A stretch of 64,000 nucleotides of DNA from Sphingomonadales bacterium (GCA_016704425.1 JADJAC010000010.1:27694-91693); one strand, 5' to 3'; counted from the first letter of the stretch, positions 29,804-40,930 are shown. Made by a program: numbers and translations. The notes: generated by a model not told the origin, from the sequence alone.

Positions 29804-30243
29804 TATCTATCCTGATCCGTCTCGCCCGTCGTGACGAGCGAGACGCGATTGAGGCCGGCGCGGTTGAGTTCCCCCATCACGCGCATCACAGCGCCATATT
29901 CGAGCGCCCGATCCGCACGGAGATAGATTTGGGGCGGTTCTGCCCTGCCGCGCTCCGCAATCGCCGCCAGCCGTGCTGGAAGTTCCGTGAAAGGCACAAG
30001 CTGTTCTCCGATGAACAACGCGCCGCTTGCATCGAGCGAGACTTGCACCGGCTCAATCTCCTGTTCAAGCGCCTTGGCCCGGCTGTCTGGCAGGTTCAGC
30101 GGCACGCCGGCCATCAACAGCGGCGCCGTGATCATGAAGATGATCAGCAACACCAGCATGACATCGACCATCGGCGTGACGTTGATCTCCGCCATTGGCG
30201 CACGACGGGCGCGACGGCGACTTGAAGAGGGAACAGGCGTCAC
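29803..30243 (-). CDS. tolR: biopolymer transport protein TolR (ExbD family)
   Basis: MAEINVTPMVDVMLVLLIIFMITAPL. Confidence 0.92.
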   Translation of the reverse strand: MTPVPSSSRRRARRAPMAEINVTPMVDVMLVLLIIFMITAPLLMAGVPLNLPDSRAKALEQEIEPVQVSLDASGALFIGEQLVPFTELPARLAAIAERGRAEPPQIYLRADRALEYGAVMRVMGELNRAGLNRVSLVTTGETDQDR

Positions 30244-30938
30244 TGATCCAGTTCCAGTTCGCGGCTCAGGGTTGCATGGAATCCGTCCGCAAAGCGGTTG
30301 AGCTGCGCTTCAAGCCGGTTCAGGACATGCCCGAAACGGTTGTAGGCAATCACTGCCGGAATCGCTGCAAACAGGCCAAGCGCGGTTGCAAAGAGCGCCT
30401 CCGCAATACCGGGTGCGACAACGGCCAGAGAGGAATTCTGTTCGGCTGCAATCGCCGTAAAGGACCGCATGATTCCCCATACGGTGCCGAACAGGCCAAC
30501 AAAGGGTGCCACACTGCCAATTGTCGCCAGCACATTGAGCCGGTCCGACAGCCGGTCGATCTCTGCCGCCACCGATGCGCCCATTGCACTGGCAAGGCGA
30601 GCGCGCGTGCCTTCGCGATCGATTGTCCTGCGTCCAACCGTCGAGCTGCGCCATTCTGACAGCCCGGCCTGCATGACTCGCGCGCTTGGCACGGACGATC
30701 CCTTGTGCGCCTGCTGGAAGGCGTGAGGATCGTCAGCGGCCTTGAAATCACGCTCGAACTGCCGCGTCTCGCTTCCGACGTTGCGCAGCTTCAGCCACTG
30801 CCCGACAATGATTGTCCAGGTCCAGATGCTCGCCAGGAGCAAGCCGACCATGACGATCTTCACAATGATGTCCGCCTGGAGAAACAGGGCGATCGGTGAG
30901 AGCGTCGCAGCGTCGGTGTTGAAAGCAAGGGCTTGCAT
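30240..30938 (-). CDS. tolQ: Tol-Pal proton channel TolQ (MotA/ExbB family)
   Basis: LATIGSVAPFVGLFGTVWGIM...VAPGIAEALFATALGL. Confidence 0.93.
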   Translation of the reverse strand: MQALAFNTDAATLSPIALFLQADIIVKIVMVGLLLASIWTWTIIVGQWLKLRNVGSETRQFERDFKAADDPHAFQQAHKGSSVPSARVMQAGLSEWRSSTVGRRTIDREGTRARLASAMGASVAAEIDRLSDRLNVLATIGSVAPFVGLFGTVWGIMRSFTAIAAEQNSSLAVVAPGIAEALFATALGLFAAIPAVIAYNRFGHVLNRLEAQLNRFADGFHATLSRELELDQ

Positions 30939-31393
30939 CAGTGTTTGGGCTCCTTCGGTAACAGAGTTTCAAAAGCGGCGATCCAGGGCTTGGGCTGACG
31001 CTTTGGCCGACCTTCGCGCGAAAGGAATGCTGCGACAACACGAGCATCGGTCAGCATTTCATCACCCAACATGACTCGTTGATGAATCACGACTGTTGCA
31101 CCGCCCAGTTTTTCGACGGTGCTGATGACGCACAGCAGGTCATCAAAGCGCGCTGGTCTTTTGTATTTGATATCAAGTTCGGAGACCGCATAGACCCCTT
31201 CACCCGCTTCGAATGCCGCGCGCTGGTCAATCCCCGCGCATTTGAGCATGTCAGACCGCGCCCGCTCCATGTAGCGCAAATAATTGGCGTGGTAGACGAG
31301 GCCGGAAAAATCAGTGTCCTCAAAATAGATGCGCAGCGGGAAATGATGTTCCCGGCCGACGAAGCGGCCGCCAGGATGCGGGGCTGACGTCAT
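30938..31393 (-). CDS. ybgC: YbgC/FadM-family acyl-CoA thioesterase
   Basis: FPLRIYFEDTDFSGLVYHANYLRYMERAR hotdog-fold motif. First gene of the tol-pal operon. Confidence 0.9.
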   Translation of the reverse strand: MTSAPHPGGRFVGREHHFPLRIYFEDTDFSGLVYHANYLRYMERARSDMLKCAGIDQRAAFEAGEGVYAVSELDIKYKRPARFDDLLCVISTVEKLGGATVVIHQRVMLGDEMLTDARVVAAFLSREGRPKRQPKPWIAAFETLLPKEPKH

Positions 31394-31453
31394 GACCCCC
31401 CTCTATCGCTTCGGATTCGCAACGGCAAACGACAGTTGCAGAAAATTTGCTCG

Positions 31454-32440
31454 CTAGCGGGCGACGGGCGCGCCGAAACCAAGTAGGCGGGTAATGTTCA
31501 GGGTTACGGCGATCCGATACGCAATCAGCGGAAGGAACAGCCCGGCCGCTGTCACAAGCGCAAGAACTGCAATCGGATCAGTGAACCCGGCCAATTTCAG
31601 GCCCGCGCGCGTTGCTGCGGAAAAGATCGTGTGCATGAGGAAAATGGGCATTGAAAGCCGCCCGAGATATTCAAGCCACTGCATCGGCAGACGGGTGCCA
31701 TCCAGCATCATGGCGATTGCGATCGTTCCAAGCAGCCCGAGCAGGGCCAGCACATAGATCGTCAATGGCTGATGCGCCGGAGGGCCGACAGGCAGGATCA
31801 GGGCGGCAAATGCCAACCAGACTCCGGCAGCAATGATCCATTGCGCAGGCGCACGCCCCGCAATCCAGCCAAGAAATGGCGGAGCGAAGATCCCGATCAC
31901 GACATAGGGCAGGTAATGGAGCGTCCTGAAGAATATGGATGGGTTGGCGAAGAACCACCAGACGAATACCCCAGCCATTGCCAGCACCACCAACAGCCAG
32001 CGGCGCGGCAGGATGAGCGCAATGGCCAGCTGACAGAAAAACAGAACATAGAGAAACCAGTATTGCTCGATTGGCACCAGCGGTATCCAGAGGAGATCGG
32101 AAAGCGTGATCGCATTGTTTGTGTAGCCAGCGCTCGCCATCTTCAATCCGCCGTGCAAAAGCGACCAGAGAAAATAGGGCCAGGCAACGGTCTGCACCTT
32201 GTTGACGATGAAATCCCTACGGCCGCGTGCGACGCCTCGTTCGATGTTCAATCCCGCGAGAACAAAAAACAGCGGCATGTGGAAGGCATAGATCACCGTG
32301 TCGATGTCGATCGGCCACCCCGTTGGCGGAAGGGCTTTGGACAGGACAAGCCCCCGTGCCGCGTGCGCGTAAACCACAAGGATGATGCCGATCCCACGCG
32401 CGAGGTCGATCCATTTCATGCGATTGGCAGGCGTCGTCAT
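31454..32440 (-). CDS. acyltransferase-3 family membrane protein
   Basis: [20 protein letters not shown] followed by about 10 TM segments. The ATG at 32440 overlaps the ruvB stop (ATGA). Confidence 0.8.
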   Translation of the reverse strand: MTTPANRMKWIDLARGIGIILVVYAHAARGLVLSKALPPTGWPIDIDTVIYAFHMPLFFVLAGLNIERGVARGRRDFIVNKVQTVAWPYFLWSLLHGGLKMASAGYTNNAITLSDLLWIPLVPIEQYWFLYVLFFCQLAIALILPRRWLLVVLAMAGVFVWWFFANPSIFFRTLHYLPYVVIGIFAPPFLGWIAGRAPAQWIIAAGVWLAFAALILPVGPPAHQPLTIYVLALLGLLGTIAIAMMLDGTRLPMQWLEYLGRLSMPIFLMHTIFSAATRAGLKLAGFTDPIAVLALVTAAGLFLPLIAYRIAVTLNITRLLGFGAPVAR

Positions 32441-33462
32441 TTGTCGTCGAACAATCCTTCTTGTGCGCCAGCCGGCGGGTTGAGCCCCAAATGCTTCCAT
32501 CCGCCTGCATTGAGGCATCGCCCCCGTGCTGTGCGCGCGATCAGGCCAAGCTGGATCAGGAAGGGTTCGATCACTTCCTCGATCGTGTCGCGCGGCTCCG
32601 AAAGGCCTGCCGCCAGCGTTTCGACACCCACCGGCCCGCCCCTGTAGATGTCAGCAATCATCGTGAGGTAGCGGCGGTCCATCGCATCAAGACCAAGGGC
32701 ATCGACTTCAAGCCGGTTGAGCGCCGCATCAGCAACTTTGGCAGACACACTTGCTTCCCCGGCAACATTCGCAAAATCTCGCACCCGCCTGAGCAGCCGC
32801 CCGGCGATCCGCGGTGTCCCGCGCGCGCGCCGGGCAATTTCCCTTGCCCCGTCGTCTGCAATGGCCAGTTCGAGCAGCGAGGCAGCACGGCGAATGACTT
32901 TTTCCAGTTCTTCGACCGAATAGAAGGTTAGCCGCACCGGAATCCCGAACCGGTCGCGCAGCGGCGTCGTCAGCAGCCCCTGCCGGGTCGTCGCGCCGAC
33001 CAGCGTGAATTTCGGCAAGTCGATCCGGACCGAGCGGGCGGACGGTCCTTCGCCGATCATCAGGTCAAGCGCGCGATCCTCCATTGCGGGATAGAGAATT
33101 TCCTCAACCGCCGGATTGAGGCGGTGGATCTCGTCGATAAAGAGGACGTCTCCATCCTCAAGATTGGTCAGGAGTGCAGCAAGATCGCCGGATTTGGCAA
33201 TGACCGGTCCGGAGGTTGCGCGGAACCCAACCCCCATTTCACGCGCAACGATCTGCGCAAGCGTCGTCTTGCCCAATCCCGGCGGCCCGAAGAACAGGAC
33301 ATGATCGAGAGCATCGCCGCGCGTCCGGGCAGCCTCGATGAAAACCCGCAGATTCTCGCGCGCGGCTTTTTGGCCGACAAATTCGTCAAGCGACTTGGGA
33401 CGCAAGGCAGCGTCCACGTCCTCTGGACGGCGACTGGAGGTGAGGAGGCGGTCTTCGGTCAT
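32437..33462 (-). CDS. ruvB: Holliday junction branch-migration helicase RuvB
   Basis: [12 protein letters not shown]...GPPGLGKTT...DEIHRL. Confidence 0.97.
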   Translation of the reverse strand: MTEDRLLTSSRRPEDVDAALRPKSLDEFVGQKAARENLRVFIEAARTRGDALDHVLFFGPPGLGKTTLAQIVAREMGVGFRATSGPVIAKSGDLAALLTNLEDGDVLFIDEIHRLNPAVEEILYPAMEDRALDLMIGEGPSARSVRIDLPKFTLVGATTRQGLLTTPLRDRFGIPVRLTFYSVEELEKVIRRAASLLELAIADDGAREIARRARGTPRIAGRLLRRVRDFANVAGEASVSAKVADAALNRLEVDALGLDAMDRRYLTMIADIYRGGPVGVETLAAGLSEPRDTIEEVIEPFLIQLGLIARTARGRCLNAGGWKHLGLNPPAGAQEGLFDDK

Positions 33463-34055
33463 CGCGCCGCCTTCTTCAGTGCCAGCCGCACCAAGGCGTC
33501 AAGCGTTGCGCCGGTGCCCAATTCTGCCTCTGCCGCAGCAACGGCGGCTCCGGCCTCCGCTGGGCGGAAGCCGAGATTGGCAAGCGCCGAAACCGCATCC
33601 GATGCAGCACCTCCCGCCGCCTTGGGCAATGCCCCTGCCGGACCCAATGCGACGCCGCCGACCTTGTCCTTCAATTCCATCACGATCCGCTGCGCCAGTT
33701 TCGGCCCTACGCCATTGGCGCGGGCGACCATGGCCTTGTCTTCGGTGGCAACGGCGCGGCTCAGTTCATCGGCGTCGAGCGTGGAGAGGATCGCCAGCGC
33801 AACCTTGCCGCCGACGCCCTGCACACCCGTCAGCAGGCGGAACCAGTCGCGCTCGCCTGCCGAACCGAAGGCAAAGAGCGTCATGGCATCTTCGCGAACC
33901 TGCATTTCGGTGAAGACCATCACCTGCCCGCCGACCGCGCCGAGGACAGAGAGCGTCCGCGTCGACGCCTGCACCAGATAGCCAACTCCGCCCACATCGA
34001 TCACCGCGTGGTCTGCGGCGCTTTCAGCCAGGAGTCCGGAGAGGCGAGCGATCAT
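33459..34055 (-). CDS. ruvA: Holliday junction DNA-binding protein RuvA
   Basis: MIARLSGLL...[11 protein letters not shown]...[18 protein letters not shown]. Confidence 0.95.
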   Translation of the reverse strand: MIARLSGLLAESAADHAVIDVGGVGYLVQASTRTLSVLGAVGGQVMVFTEMQVREDAMTLFAFGSAGERDWFRLLTGVQGVGGKVALAILSTLDADELSRAVATEDKAMVARANGVGPKLAQRIVMELKDKVGGVALGPAGALPKAAGGAASDAVSALANLGFRPAEAGAAVAAAEAELGTGATLDALVRLALKKAAR

Positions 34056-34097
34056 GCCAACGCTTGTAGCCACGCGTTTTGCAAAAGGGAATCACGA

Positions 34098-34583
34098 TCA
34101 CCCAATGCGGCGCGCGCTCGCAAGATGGTGCGCATGGGTGATCGCAACAGCGAGCGCATCGGCGGCATCGCTGCCCGATATCTTGACCCCCGGCAACAGG
34201 CGCCCGACCATGGCATGAACCTGCGCCTTTTCTGCATTGCCGACGCCAACGACGGCCTTTTTGACAAGCCGCGCTGCATATTCGCCAACCTTGAGGCCGG
34301 TCCGAGCCGCGGCAAGCAGGCAAACGCCGCGCGCCTGCCCCAGTTTCAACGTCGATTGCGGGTTGGCATTGACGAAGACCTCCTCGACCGCCGCCGTCTC
34401 TGGCTGATACTCAATCATCAGATCGGTCAGCGCACGGTCAAGCACAACGAGCCGTTCGGGCAACGGAGCCTTGGCATCGGTCGCAATCTGCCCATTGGCA
34501 ATATGACTAAGCCGGTTTCCAACCGCTGCGATCACGCCCCAGCCGGTTGTCCCAAGTCCGGGGTCGAGGCCGAGAATGATCAG
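34098..34583 (-). CDS. ruvC: crossover junction endodeoxyribonuclease RuvC, non-canonical start
   Basis: The track begins at GTG 34535 (VIAAVGN), but the frame stays open upstream and reads (L)[16 protein letters not shown] with the catalytic Asp. Only CTG (34583), ATC or ATT are available between an in-frame TGA and 34535. Confidence 0.85.
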   Translation of the reverse strand: MIILGLDPGLGTTGWGVIAAVGNRLSHIANGQIATDAKAPLPERLVVLDRALTDLMIEYQPETAAVEEVFVNANPQSTLKLGQARGVCLLAAARTGLKVGEYAARLVKKAVVGVGNAEKAQVHAMVGRLLPGVKISGSDAADALAVAITHAHHLASARRIG

Positions 34584-35323
34584 CCCAGTCTCTCCATCAC
34601 GTCATCGGGCACATCGTAATTGCCCCAGACGGTCTGGACATCGTCGTCATCATCGAGCGCATCGAGCAGTTTCATGAGCGTGCCCGCCTCGCCTTCGCCA
34701 ACGGTGACAGTCGTTTGCGGGCGCCAGGCGAGCTTCACCGTTTCCGGTGCGCCAAGTTTCGCCTCGAGCGCCTTTGCAACTTCATGAAGCTCTTCCATCG
34801 CCGTCCAGATTTCATGCCCGTCGTCCGACGATTCGACGTCCGCCGCGCCTGCCTCCAGCGCTGCTTCAAACACCGTGTCAGGATCACCCGCCTTTGCCGG
34901 ATAGATGATCTGCCCCAGCCGGTCGAACGCATGGCTGACCGCGCCCGGCGCGCCGAGGTTGCCGCCATTCTTCGAAACCGCGGTTCGGACGTTGGTCGCG
35001 GTGCGGTTGCGGTTGTCGGTCAGTGCCTCGATGATCAGTGAAACCCCGCCCGGGCCGAAGCCTTCGTAGCGGATCTCTTCATAATTGTCGCCCTCGCCCG
35101 TCGTCGCCTTGTTGATCGCGCGCTCGATATTGTCCTTGGGCATCGACTGGGCGCGCGCGGCGATCACCGCCGAACGCAGCCGCGGGTTCATGTCCGGGTC
35201 GGGCACGCCTGACTTCGCAGCAACCGTAATTTCGCGCGAGAGCTTGGAAAACATTGCCGAGCGCTTCTTGTCCTGAGCGCCCTTGCGATACATGATGTTC
35301 TTGAACTTGGAATGGCCTGCCAT
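34580..35323 (-). CDS. YebC/PmpR-family DNA-binding regulator
   Basis: [22 protein letters not shown]... Confidence 0.95.
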   Translation of the reverse strand: MAGHSKFKNIMYRKGAQDKKRSAMFSKLSREITVAAKSGVPDPDMNPRLRSAVIAARAQSMPKDNIERAINKATTGEGDNYEEIRYEGFGPGGVSLIIEALTDNRNRTATNVRTAVSKNGGNLGAPGAVSHAFDRLGQIIYPAKAGDPDTVFEAALEAGAADVESSDDGHEIWTAMEELHEVAKALEAKLGAPETVKLAWRPQTTVTVGEGEAGTLMKLLDALDDDDDVQTVWGNYDVPDDVMERLG

Positions 35324-35390
35324 GGAAACCGTTCTGAATGGAGTTGGGATGGGCGCGCCCTAGCCCAAAGACGTTCCCCGGGGCAAGTTT

Positions 35391-35711
35391 TCACCCAAGT
35401 TTGACGGCGGTCCCAGAAGCGGTGACCATGAGCATCGAGCCACCCTGCCCCAGAACTTCATAGTCAAGGTCGATCCCGATGACAGCATCCGCGCCCAAAG
35501 CCCGGGCTTCCTGCGCAATTTCATCGAGTGCCGTCTTGCGCGCATCGCGCAGAGTCGTTTCATAGGAACCAGAACGACCACCGACAATGTCGCGTACGCT
35601 TGCGAACAGGTCCTTGAAGATATTCGCACCGACAATCACTTCGCCGGTCACGATTCCCAGATACTCGCGCACCGGGCGACCCTCGATCGCTGTCGTCGTG
35701 GACATTATCAT
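35391..35711 (-). CDS. YbjQ/UPF0145 family protein
   Basis: 106 aa: [42 protein letters not shown]. Confidence 0.85.
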   Translation of the reverse strand: MIMSTTTAIEGRPVREYLGIVTGEVIVGANIFKDLFASVRDIVGGRSGSYETTLRDARKTALDEIAQEARALGADAVIGIDLDYEVLGQGGSMLMVTASGTAVKLG

Positions 35712-35729
35712 CGCATCATCTCCTTCGTT

Positions 35730-35966
35730 TCAAAGGCCCAGAGCGGCCTTGTAGGTGTCGAGAATCGCTTCCATTTCCTGCCGATCGTGCGTTTCCATTT
35801 TCCGCAGGCGCACGATCTGGCGCATGATCTTGGCATCATAGCCCCGGGCCTTTGCTTCGGAATAGACGTCGCGGATATCGTCGGCGATGCCCTTTTTCTC
35901 TTCCTCAAGCCGCTCGATACGCTCGATCAAAAGGCGCAATTCGTCAGCGGCTACAACGTCACTCAT
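35730..35966 (-). CDS. gapR: DUF2312/UPF0335 protein (GapR-type nucleoid-associated protein)
   Basis: [49 protein letters not shown]. Confidence 0.85.
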   Translation of the reverse strand: MSDVVAADELRLLIERIERLEEEKKGIADDIRDVYSEAKARGYDAKIMRQIVRLRKMETHDRQEMEAILDTYKAALGL

Positions 35967-36008
35967 CAGATTCTCCGGATTCGATTGGAGGCGCGGCCTT
36001 AGGGCCGA

Positions 36009-36296
36009 TCAGCCATTCTTCGCAATGCTTTCCTGCATCCGCGCGAGCTGTTCCGGCGTTGCCTCGCCCTGATGTTTCACCTTCCATTCGGCATAGGGCA
36101 TGCCGTACACCAGAGACCGCCCCTCCTCCTTGGTCATGTCGCCGGCCTCAGCCACCCAGTCGCCAAGACAGTTGCGGCAAAAGCCAGCCAGCCCCATCAG
36201 GTCCACATTCTGTGCGTCGGTCCGGTGGCGCAAATGGGCAACCAGTCTTCGAAAGGCGGCGGCCGCTGCGGCATCGTCGATATTTATATCCATCAT
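36009..36296 (-). CDS. DUF1244 protein
   Basis: AAFRRLVAHLRHRTDAQNVDLMGLAGFCRNCLGDW... AAGGAAG lies before the ATG at 36296. Confidence 0.75.
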   Translation of the reverse strand: MMDINIDDAAAAAAFRRLVAHLRHRTDAQNVDLMGLAGFCRNCLGDWVAEAGDMTKEEGRSLVYGMPYAEWKVKHQGEATPEQLARMQESIAKNG

Positions 36297-36364
36297 TCTT
36301 CCTTTGCGGGATTCCAAGCCCTGTGGATAGCGTCTAAGGCAAAGGCGATCCAGAGGAGCATCGC

Positions 36365-37831
36365 TTGATAACACCCCGCCAGCATCGTGACGTTGCACCG
36401 CGCGCACGAAAGGTGCGCATTCTCGCAACGCTTGGCCCGGCCAGCAGCACGCCAGAGATGATCGAACGACTTTTCAAGGCAGGTGCCGATGCTTTTCGCA
36501 TCAATATGAGCCACGGCGCGCAGGCCGAAAAGGTGGAGTTGATCAAATCGATCCGTGCACTCGAAAAATCACTCGGGCGGCCCACGACAATCCTTGCAGA
36601 TTTGCAGGGACCAAAATTGAGGGTAGGCAAGTTTTCCGACGGGGCCGCAAGGCTTGAAACGGGCCAGAAATTCACCCTGGATCGCGACCCTTCGCCGGGA
36701 AGCGGCAAGCGGGTGTGCCTGCCGCACAAGGAGATTTTCGAAGCGCTTGAGGTTGGCGCAAGGCTCCTGCTCGACGACGGCAAGCTGGTGCTGCGGGTCG
36801 AGAAAATGTCCGAGACCAAGATCACGACGCATGTGGAAGTCGGTGGAATGCTCTCCGACAACAAGGGTCTCAACGTCCCTGATGTTGTCGTTCCGATGGC
36901 AGCCCTGACCGAGAAGGATCTTTCAGACCTCAGCTTTGCGCTTGAACAGGGGGTCGACTGGATTGCGCTCAGTTTCGTGCAGCGGCCCGAGGATCTTGCT
37001 GATGCGCGCCGCCTGATCGGCGGGAAGGCTGCGCTGCTGGCCAAGATCGAAAAGCCGGCGGCTCTGGCCCGGCTGGAGGAAATCATCGAACTTGCCGATG
37101 CCGTGATGGTTGCGCGTGGCGATCTCGGCGTTGAACTGCCGCCCGAAGCGGTGCCACCCGCACAAAAGCGAATCGTCGAGACGGCACGTCGCTTCGGTCG
37201 CCCCGTGGTCGTCGCGACACAGATGCTCGAATCGATGATCAAGGCACCGACGCCAACGCGCGCGGAAGTGTCCGACGTGGCGACCGCCATTTACGACGGC
37301 GCCGATGCCGTGATGCTGTCCGCTGAATCGGCAGCCGGCGATTGGCCGATCGAATCCGTCGCCATGATGGACCGGATCGCGATCAACGTCGAAAGCGACC
37401 CTGCCTATGCCGCTAGGGTCCACTTCACCGAGACGCGCCCCGATCCGACCACGGCAGATGCGCTTTCAGAGGCCGCTTTCGATATTGTCCGAACGGTTTC
37501 CGCCAAATGCATCATCTGCTTCACCGAATCCGGATCGACAGCGCGGCGAATCGCGCGCGAACGGCCGCTCGTCCCGATTCTTGTCCTGACGCCCAAGCTG
37601 GCGACGGCCCGCCGCCTGGGTCTGCTCTGGGGGGTCCATGCGGTATCGACCCGGGACGTCTCCTCTTTCGAGGAGATGGTCGCAAAATCCAAACGGATGG
37701 CGCTGCGCCATGGCATTGCCGGAGGCGGGGACCGGGTGATCATGATGGCAGGCGTTCCCTTCGGGACACCGGGTTCAACCAATGTGCTCCATGTCGTCCG
37801 CCTGACCGGGCAGGAGCTCAAGGGTCGTTAG
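36365..37831 (+). CDS. pyk: pyruvate kinase
   Basis: KVRILATLGPAS...FRINMSHG...MVARGDLGVE. The track start is TTG at 36365, and there is no in-frame ATG before the conserved N-terminus. Confidence 0.95.
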   Translation: MITPRQHRDVAPRARKVRILATLGPASSTPEMIERLFKAGADAFRINMSHGAQAEKVELIKSIRALEKSLGRPTTILADLQGPKLRVGKFSDGAARLETGQKFTLDRDPSPGSGKRVCLPHKEIFEALEVGARLLLDDGKLVLRVEKMSETKITTHVEVGGMLSDNKGLNVPDVVVPMAALTEKDLSDLSFALEQGVDWIALSFVQRPEDLADARRLIGGKAALLAKIEKPAALARLEEIIELADAVMVARGDLGVELPPEAVPPAQKRIVETARRFGRPVVVATQMLESMIKAPTPTRAEVSDVATAIYDGADAVMLSAESAAGDWPIESVAMMDRIAINVESDPAYAARVHFTETRPDPTTADALSEAAFDIVRTVSAKCIICFTESGSTARRIARERPLVPILVLTPKLATARRLGLLWGVHAVSTRDVSSFEEMVAKSKRMALRHGIAGGGDRVIMMAGVPFGTPGSTNVLHVVRLTGQELKGR

Positions 37832-38413
37832 TGCGACGCGCAAGGTTTCCGCATCGGTGAAGTGATGCGCAACAAAGCCGTTCGCGCGCGCTGCCTCGAC
37901 ATTGGGCAGGCTGTCATCAATGAAGAAGCCTTCTCCCGGCGCGAGGCCGAACCTTTCCAGAGCCAGGCGATAAATGGCGTCGCCCGGCTTGGTCACCTTC
38001 TCGATGCCGGAGACGACAATATCGGAAAAATGATCGAATATCGGTGCCGTTGGGCGAAACATCGCCCAGAAATCGGCCCCGAAATTGGTGATCGCAAACA
38101 GCGAAACGCCGCGGTCAGCCAGCTGCTCCACCAGCCGATGCACGCCGGGAACCGGCCCCGGGATGGTTTCCAGCCAGCGATCCCGATAGGCGTGCAACAG
38201 CCGCTCATGGGCCGGAAATTGGCTCACCCGCTCTTCGATCATGGCGCCGATCGGGCGGCCGGCATCGTGCTGATCATGCCAATCGAGCGGGACAACGTCT
38301 CTCAGGAACCGGTCAAGTTCTTCCCGATCCCCAATCAGTTTTTCGAATAGGTAGCGGCGGTCCCAGTCATAGAGGACCCGCCCGACATCGAAGACGACCG
38401 CTTTCACGGCCAT
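37775..38413 (-). CDS. HAD-superfamily hydrolase (haloacid-dehalogenase-like)
   Basis: Motif I VVFDVGRVL, plus ITNF and FFIDDSLPN. The 3' end overlaps the pyk 3' end by 57 nt. Confidence 0.8.
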   Translation of the reverse strand: MAVKAVVFDVGRVLYDWDRRYLFEKLIGDREELDRFLRDVVPLDWHDQHDAGRPIGAMIEERVSQFPAHERLLHAYRDRWLETIPGPVPGVHRLVEQLADRGVSLFAITNFGADFWAMFRPTAPIFDHFSDIVVSGIEKVTKPGDAIYRLALERFGLAPGEGFFIDDSLPNVEAARANGFVAHHFTDAETLRVALTTLELLPGQADDMEHIG

Positions 38414-38421
38414 CGCGGACG

Positions 38422-38547
38422 TCAGCCCTGGCGCGCTTTGAACCGGCGATTCGTCTTGTTGATGACGTAGGTGCGCCCGCGACGGCGGATAACGCGGTTG
38501 TCCCGGTGGCGGTCCTTGAGCGACTTGAGTGAATTGCGGATCTTCAT
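38422..38547 (-). CDS. rpmJ: 50S ribosomal protein L36
   Basis: [41 protein letters not shown] (41 aa). ATG at 38547. Confidence 0.9.
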   Translation of the reverse strand: MKIRNSLKSLKDRHRDNRVIRRRGRTYVINKTNRRFKARQG

Positions 38548-38643
38548 GATCGCTTGCCTGTTTCTCTGTGATCTGGAAAAAGAAGGCTGCCGCCTAAGGG
38601 GCAGATGGCCTAAAGTCAAGGCGTGCCTGCAGGAGAAGTGTTC

Positions 38644-39222
38644 ATGCGTAATGTCGTTCTGGGTTCTACCTTAATGCTGCTTTCGGCAGCTTGCACCGCC
38701 AAACTTCCGCCGGTTGAAGTGACACGTTTTCATGTCAGCGAAACTGTAGCTGCCGGAACAATTACGACCAGCGCACTCGGAGACACCGACGGCACGACAA
38801 TCGAGTTCCGGACCTATGACGCTGCAGTCAAGCGGGAATTGGCGCGACTTGGATATGCCGAGGGTTCCAATCCGGCATACTCGGCCGAAATTGGCTACTC
38901 GCGTGAAGCGCGGGACCGGATTGCCAAGAGTTCCCCAGTAACCATCGGCATCGGTGGCGGCAGTTTTGGCCGGAACGTCGGTGTGGGGCTGGGCACCAGC
39001 TTCGGGATCGGTGGAGACAAGAGCCGCAAGACCATCATCTCGCGGCTCGAAGTTCGGCTCAAACGCGCAGCCGACGGTGCCGTGGTCTGGGAAGGCAGGG
39101 CGCAGACTGAAGCGCCATCCAATGCACCGTCCGCGCAGCCCGGCCTTGCCGCTGACAAATTGTCGCGGGCGCTTTTTGAAGGCTTCCCGGGCGAATCGGG
39201 CAAGACGATTTTGGTCCCCTGA
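38644..39222 (+). CDS. lipoprotein of unknown function
   Basis: [17 protein letters not shown] lipobox. Gly-rich middle segment ([24 protein letters not shown]). AGGAG lies 8 nt before the ATG at 38644. Confidence 0.7.
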   Translation: MRNVVLGSTLMLLSAACTAKLPPVEVTRFHVSETVAAGTITTSALGDTDGTTIEFRTYDAAVKRELARLGYAEGSNPAYSAEIGYSREARDRIAKSSPVTIGIGGGSFGRNVGVGLGTSFGIGGDKSRKTIISRLEVRLKRAADGAVVWEGRAQTEAPSNAPSAQPGLAADKLSRALFEGFPGESGKTILVP

Positions 39223-39270
39223 CGAATCGCCCGGCTTGCCCGACACATCGGGTTGGGCTTAACTGACCGG

Positions 39271-40389
39271 ATGAACATGAAGATCAATGCCGCGTTTGAT
39301 AGCGGAAACATCATCGTCACGTCGATAGACGGGACCAGTGCAAATCTCGAGATTCGGAAGGATGCGCATTCCGACTTTTACCAGTGGTTCCATTTCCGCG
39401 TTTCGGGCGCACGGGGCCAGAGGATCACATTGCGGATCACCAATTGTGGCGGCTCTGCCTATCCGGGCGGCTGGGACAACTACAAGGCGCGTTTTTCGGA
39501 CGATCGCGAAGATTGGCGTTGCGCCGATACAAGCTATGAAGACGGCGTTCTGACGATCACGCATACGTCTGCACTCGACAGCATATGGTTTGCCTATTTC
39601 GCACCCTTTTCGATCGAGCGGCATCACGACCTTGTCCAGCGCACAGCCGCTTGCCCTGACGTCGAACTGATCGAACTTGGCCAGTCCATTGAAGGCCAGC
39701 CGATCGATTGCCTGCGCATAGGGAACGGCCCGACGCAAGTCTGGCTTTATGCCCGCCAGCATCCCGGCGAGAGCATGGCCGAATGGTGGATGGAAGGGGC
39801 TCTTGAACTGCTGACCGATCCAGTAAGCGAGACTGCCCGGATACTGCGCGAGAAATGCACACTTCACATCATACCCAACATGAATCCCGATGGCGCCTGC
39901 CGGGGGCATCTGCGGACGAATGCCGTTGGCACGAACCTCAACCGCGAATGGGCCGAGCCTTCTGCCGAGCGCAGCCCCGAAGTGCTTTGCGTGCGCAATG
40001 CGATGGATGAAACCGGTGTGCATTGGGCAATGGACGTTCATGGCGATGAGGCGATTCCGGCAAATTTCATTGCCGGCTTCGAAGGCATTCCCAACTGGAC
40101 TGACGTTCAGGGCAATCGCTTCTATGCCTATCGCAATGCACTGGCCGAACATACGGCCGACTTCCAGACCCGCCTCGGTTATCCAGCCTCGGCGCCGGGT
40201 CGGGCGAACCTGACCATGTCGACAAACCAGCTGGCCAATCGCTTTGCGCACCTGGGCTGCGTGTCGATGACACTCGAAATGCCGTTCAAGGATCACGACC
40301 CGAATCCCGATGCAGATCGCGCCTGGAGCCCGGCGCGTTGTCGGGCGCTGGGGCAATCCTGCCTGGACGTGCTGGCACAAAGCCTCTGA
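39271..40389 (+). CDS. M14-family zinc carboxypeptidase (cytosolic-carboxypeptidase-like, with N-terminal beta-sandwich domain)
   Basis: [11 protein letters not shown] (HxxE Zn site), VHGDE, TLEMPF (catalytic Glu). No signal peptide. Confidence 0.8.
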   Translation: MNMKINAAFDSGNIIVTSIDGTSANLEIRKDAHSDFYQWFHFRVSGARGQRITLRITNCGGSAYPGGWDNYKARFSDDREDWRCADTSYEDGVLTITHTSALDSIWFAYFAPFSIERHHDLVQRTAACPDVELIELGQSIEGQPIDCLRIGNGPTQVWLYARQHPGESMAEWWMEGALELLTDPVSETARILREKCTLHIIPNMNPDGACRGHLRTNAVGTNLNREWAEPSAERSPEVLCVRNAMDETGVHWAMDVHGDEAIPANFIAGFEGIPNWTDVQGNRFYAYRNALAEHTADFQTRLGYPASAPGRANLTMSTNQLANRFAHLGCVSMTLEMPFKDHDPNPDADRAWSPARCRALGQSCLDVLAQSL

Positions 40390-40390
40390 A

Positions 40391-40855
40391 ATGGCGGAGT
40401 TCCGTCTTGTCGAGGATGACCTGACCGGGCCGGAGATTGCCGCCCTCCTTCAGGCCCATCTCGATTCGATGCATGAGCACTCACCACCGGGCAGTGTTCA
40501 TGCCCTTGATCTTGAGGCTTTGCGGGCACCGGAGATCAGCTTCTGGACAGCCTGGGATGGCGATCAGCTGGCCGGTTGTGGCGCACTGAAAGCGCTTGAC
40601 GCAGAACATGGCGAAATCAAGTCGATGCGAACGGCACAATCGCATCTCCGGCGCGGTGTGGCGTTTCAGATCTTGTCGCACATGATCTCGGTGGCGCGCA
40701 ATCGCGGCTACCGGCAGGTGAGCCTTGAAACCGGTTCGAATGCGCCGTTCCAGCCCGCGCACCGGCTCTACGAAGGGTTTGGATTCCGACCATGCGGGCC
40801 GTTTTCGGACTATGGGGACGACGCTTTCAGTCGATACTACACGCTGGTTCTTTAG
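40391..40855 (+). CDS. GNAT-family N-acetyltransferase
   Basis: RRGVAFQILSHMISVARNRGY...LYEGFGF. The ATG lies 1 nt after the M14 stop. Confidence 0.82.
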   Translation: MAEFRLVEDDLTGPEIAALLQAHLDSMHEHSPPGSVHALDLEALRAPEISFWTAWDGDQLAGCGALKALDAEHGEIKSMRTAQSHLRRGVAFQILSHMISVARNRGYRQVSLETGSNAPFQPAHRLYEGFGFRPCGPFSDYGDDAFSRYYTLVL

Positions 40856-40930
40856 GCTCTGACATCTCGCCAAGCGCGCGTGATTGGGTTAGGCCGCGCC
40901 CGAATCGCCGAATCTGGAGCCGCACGCAAA

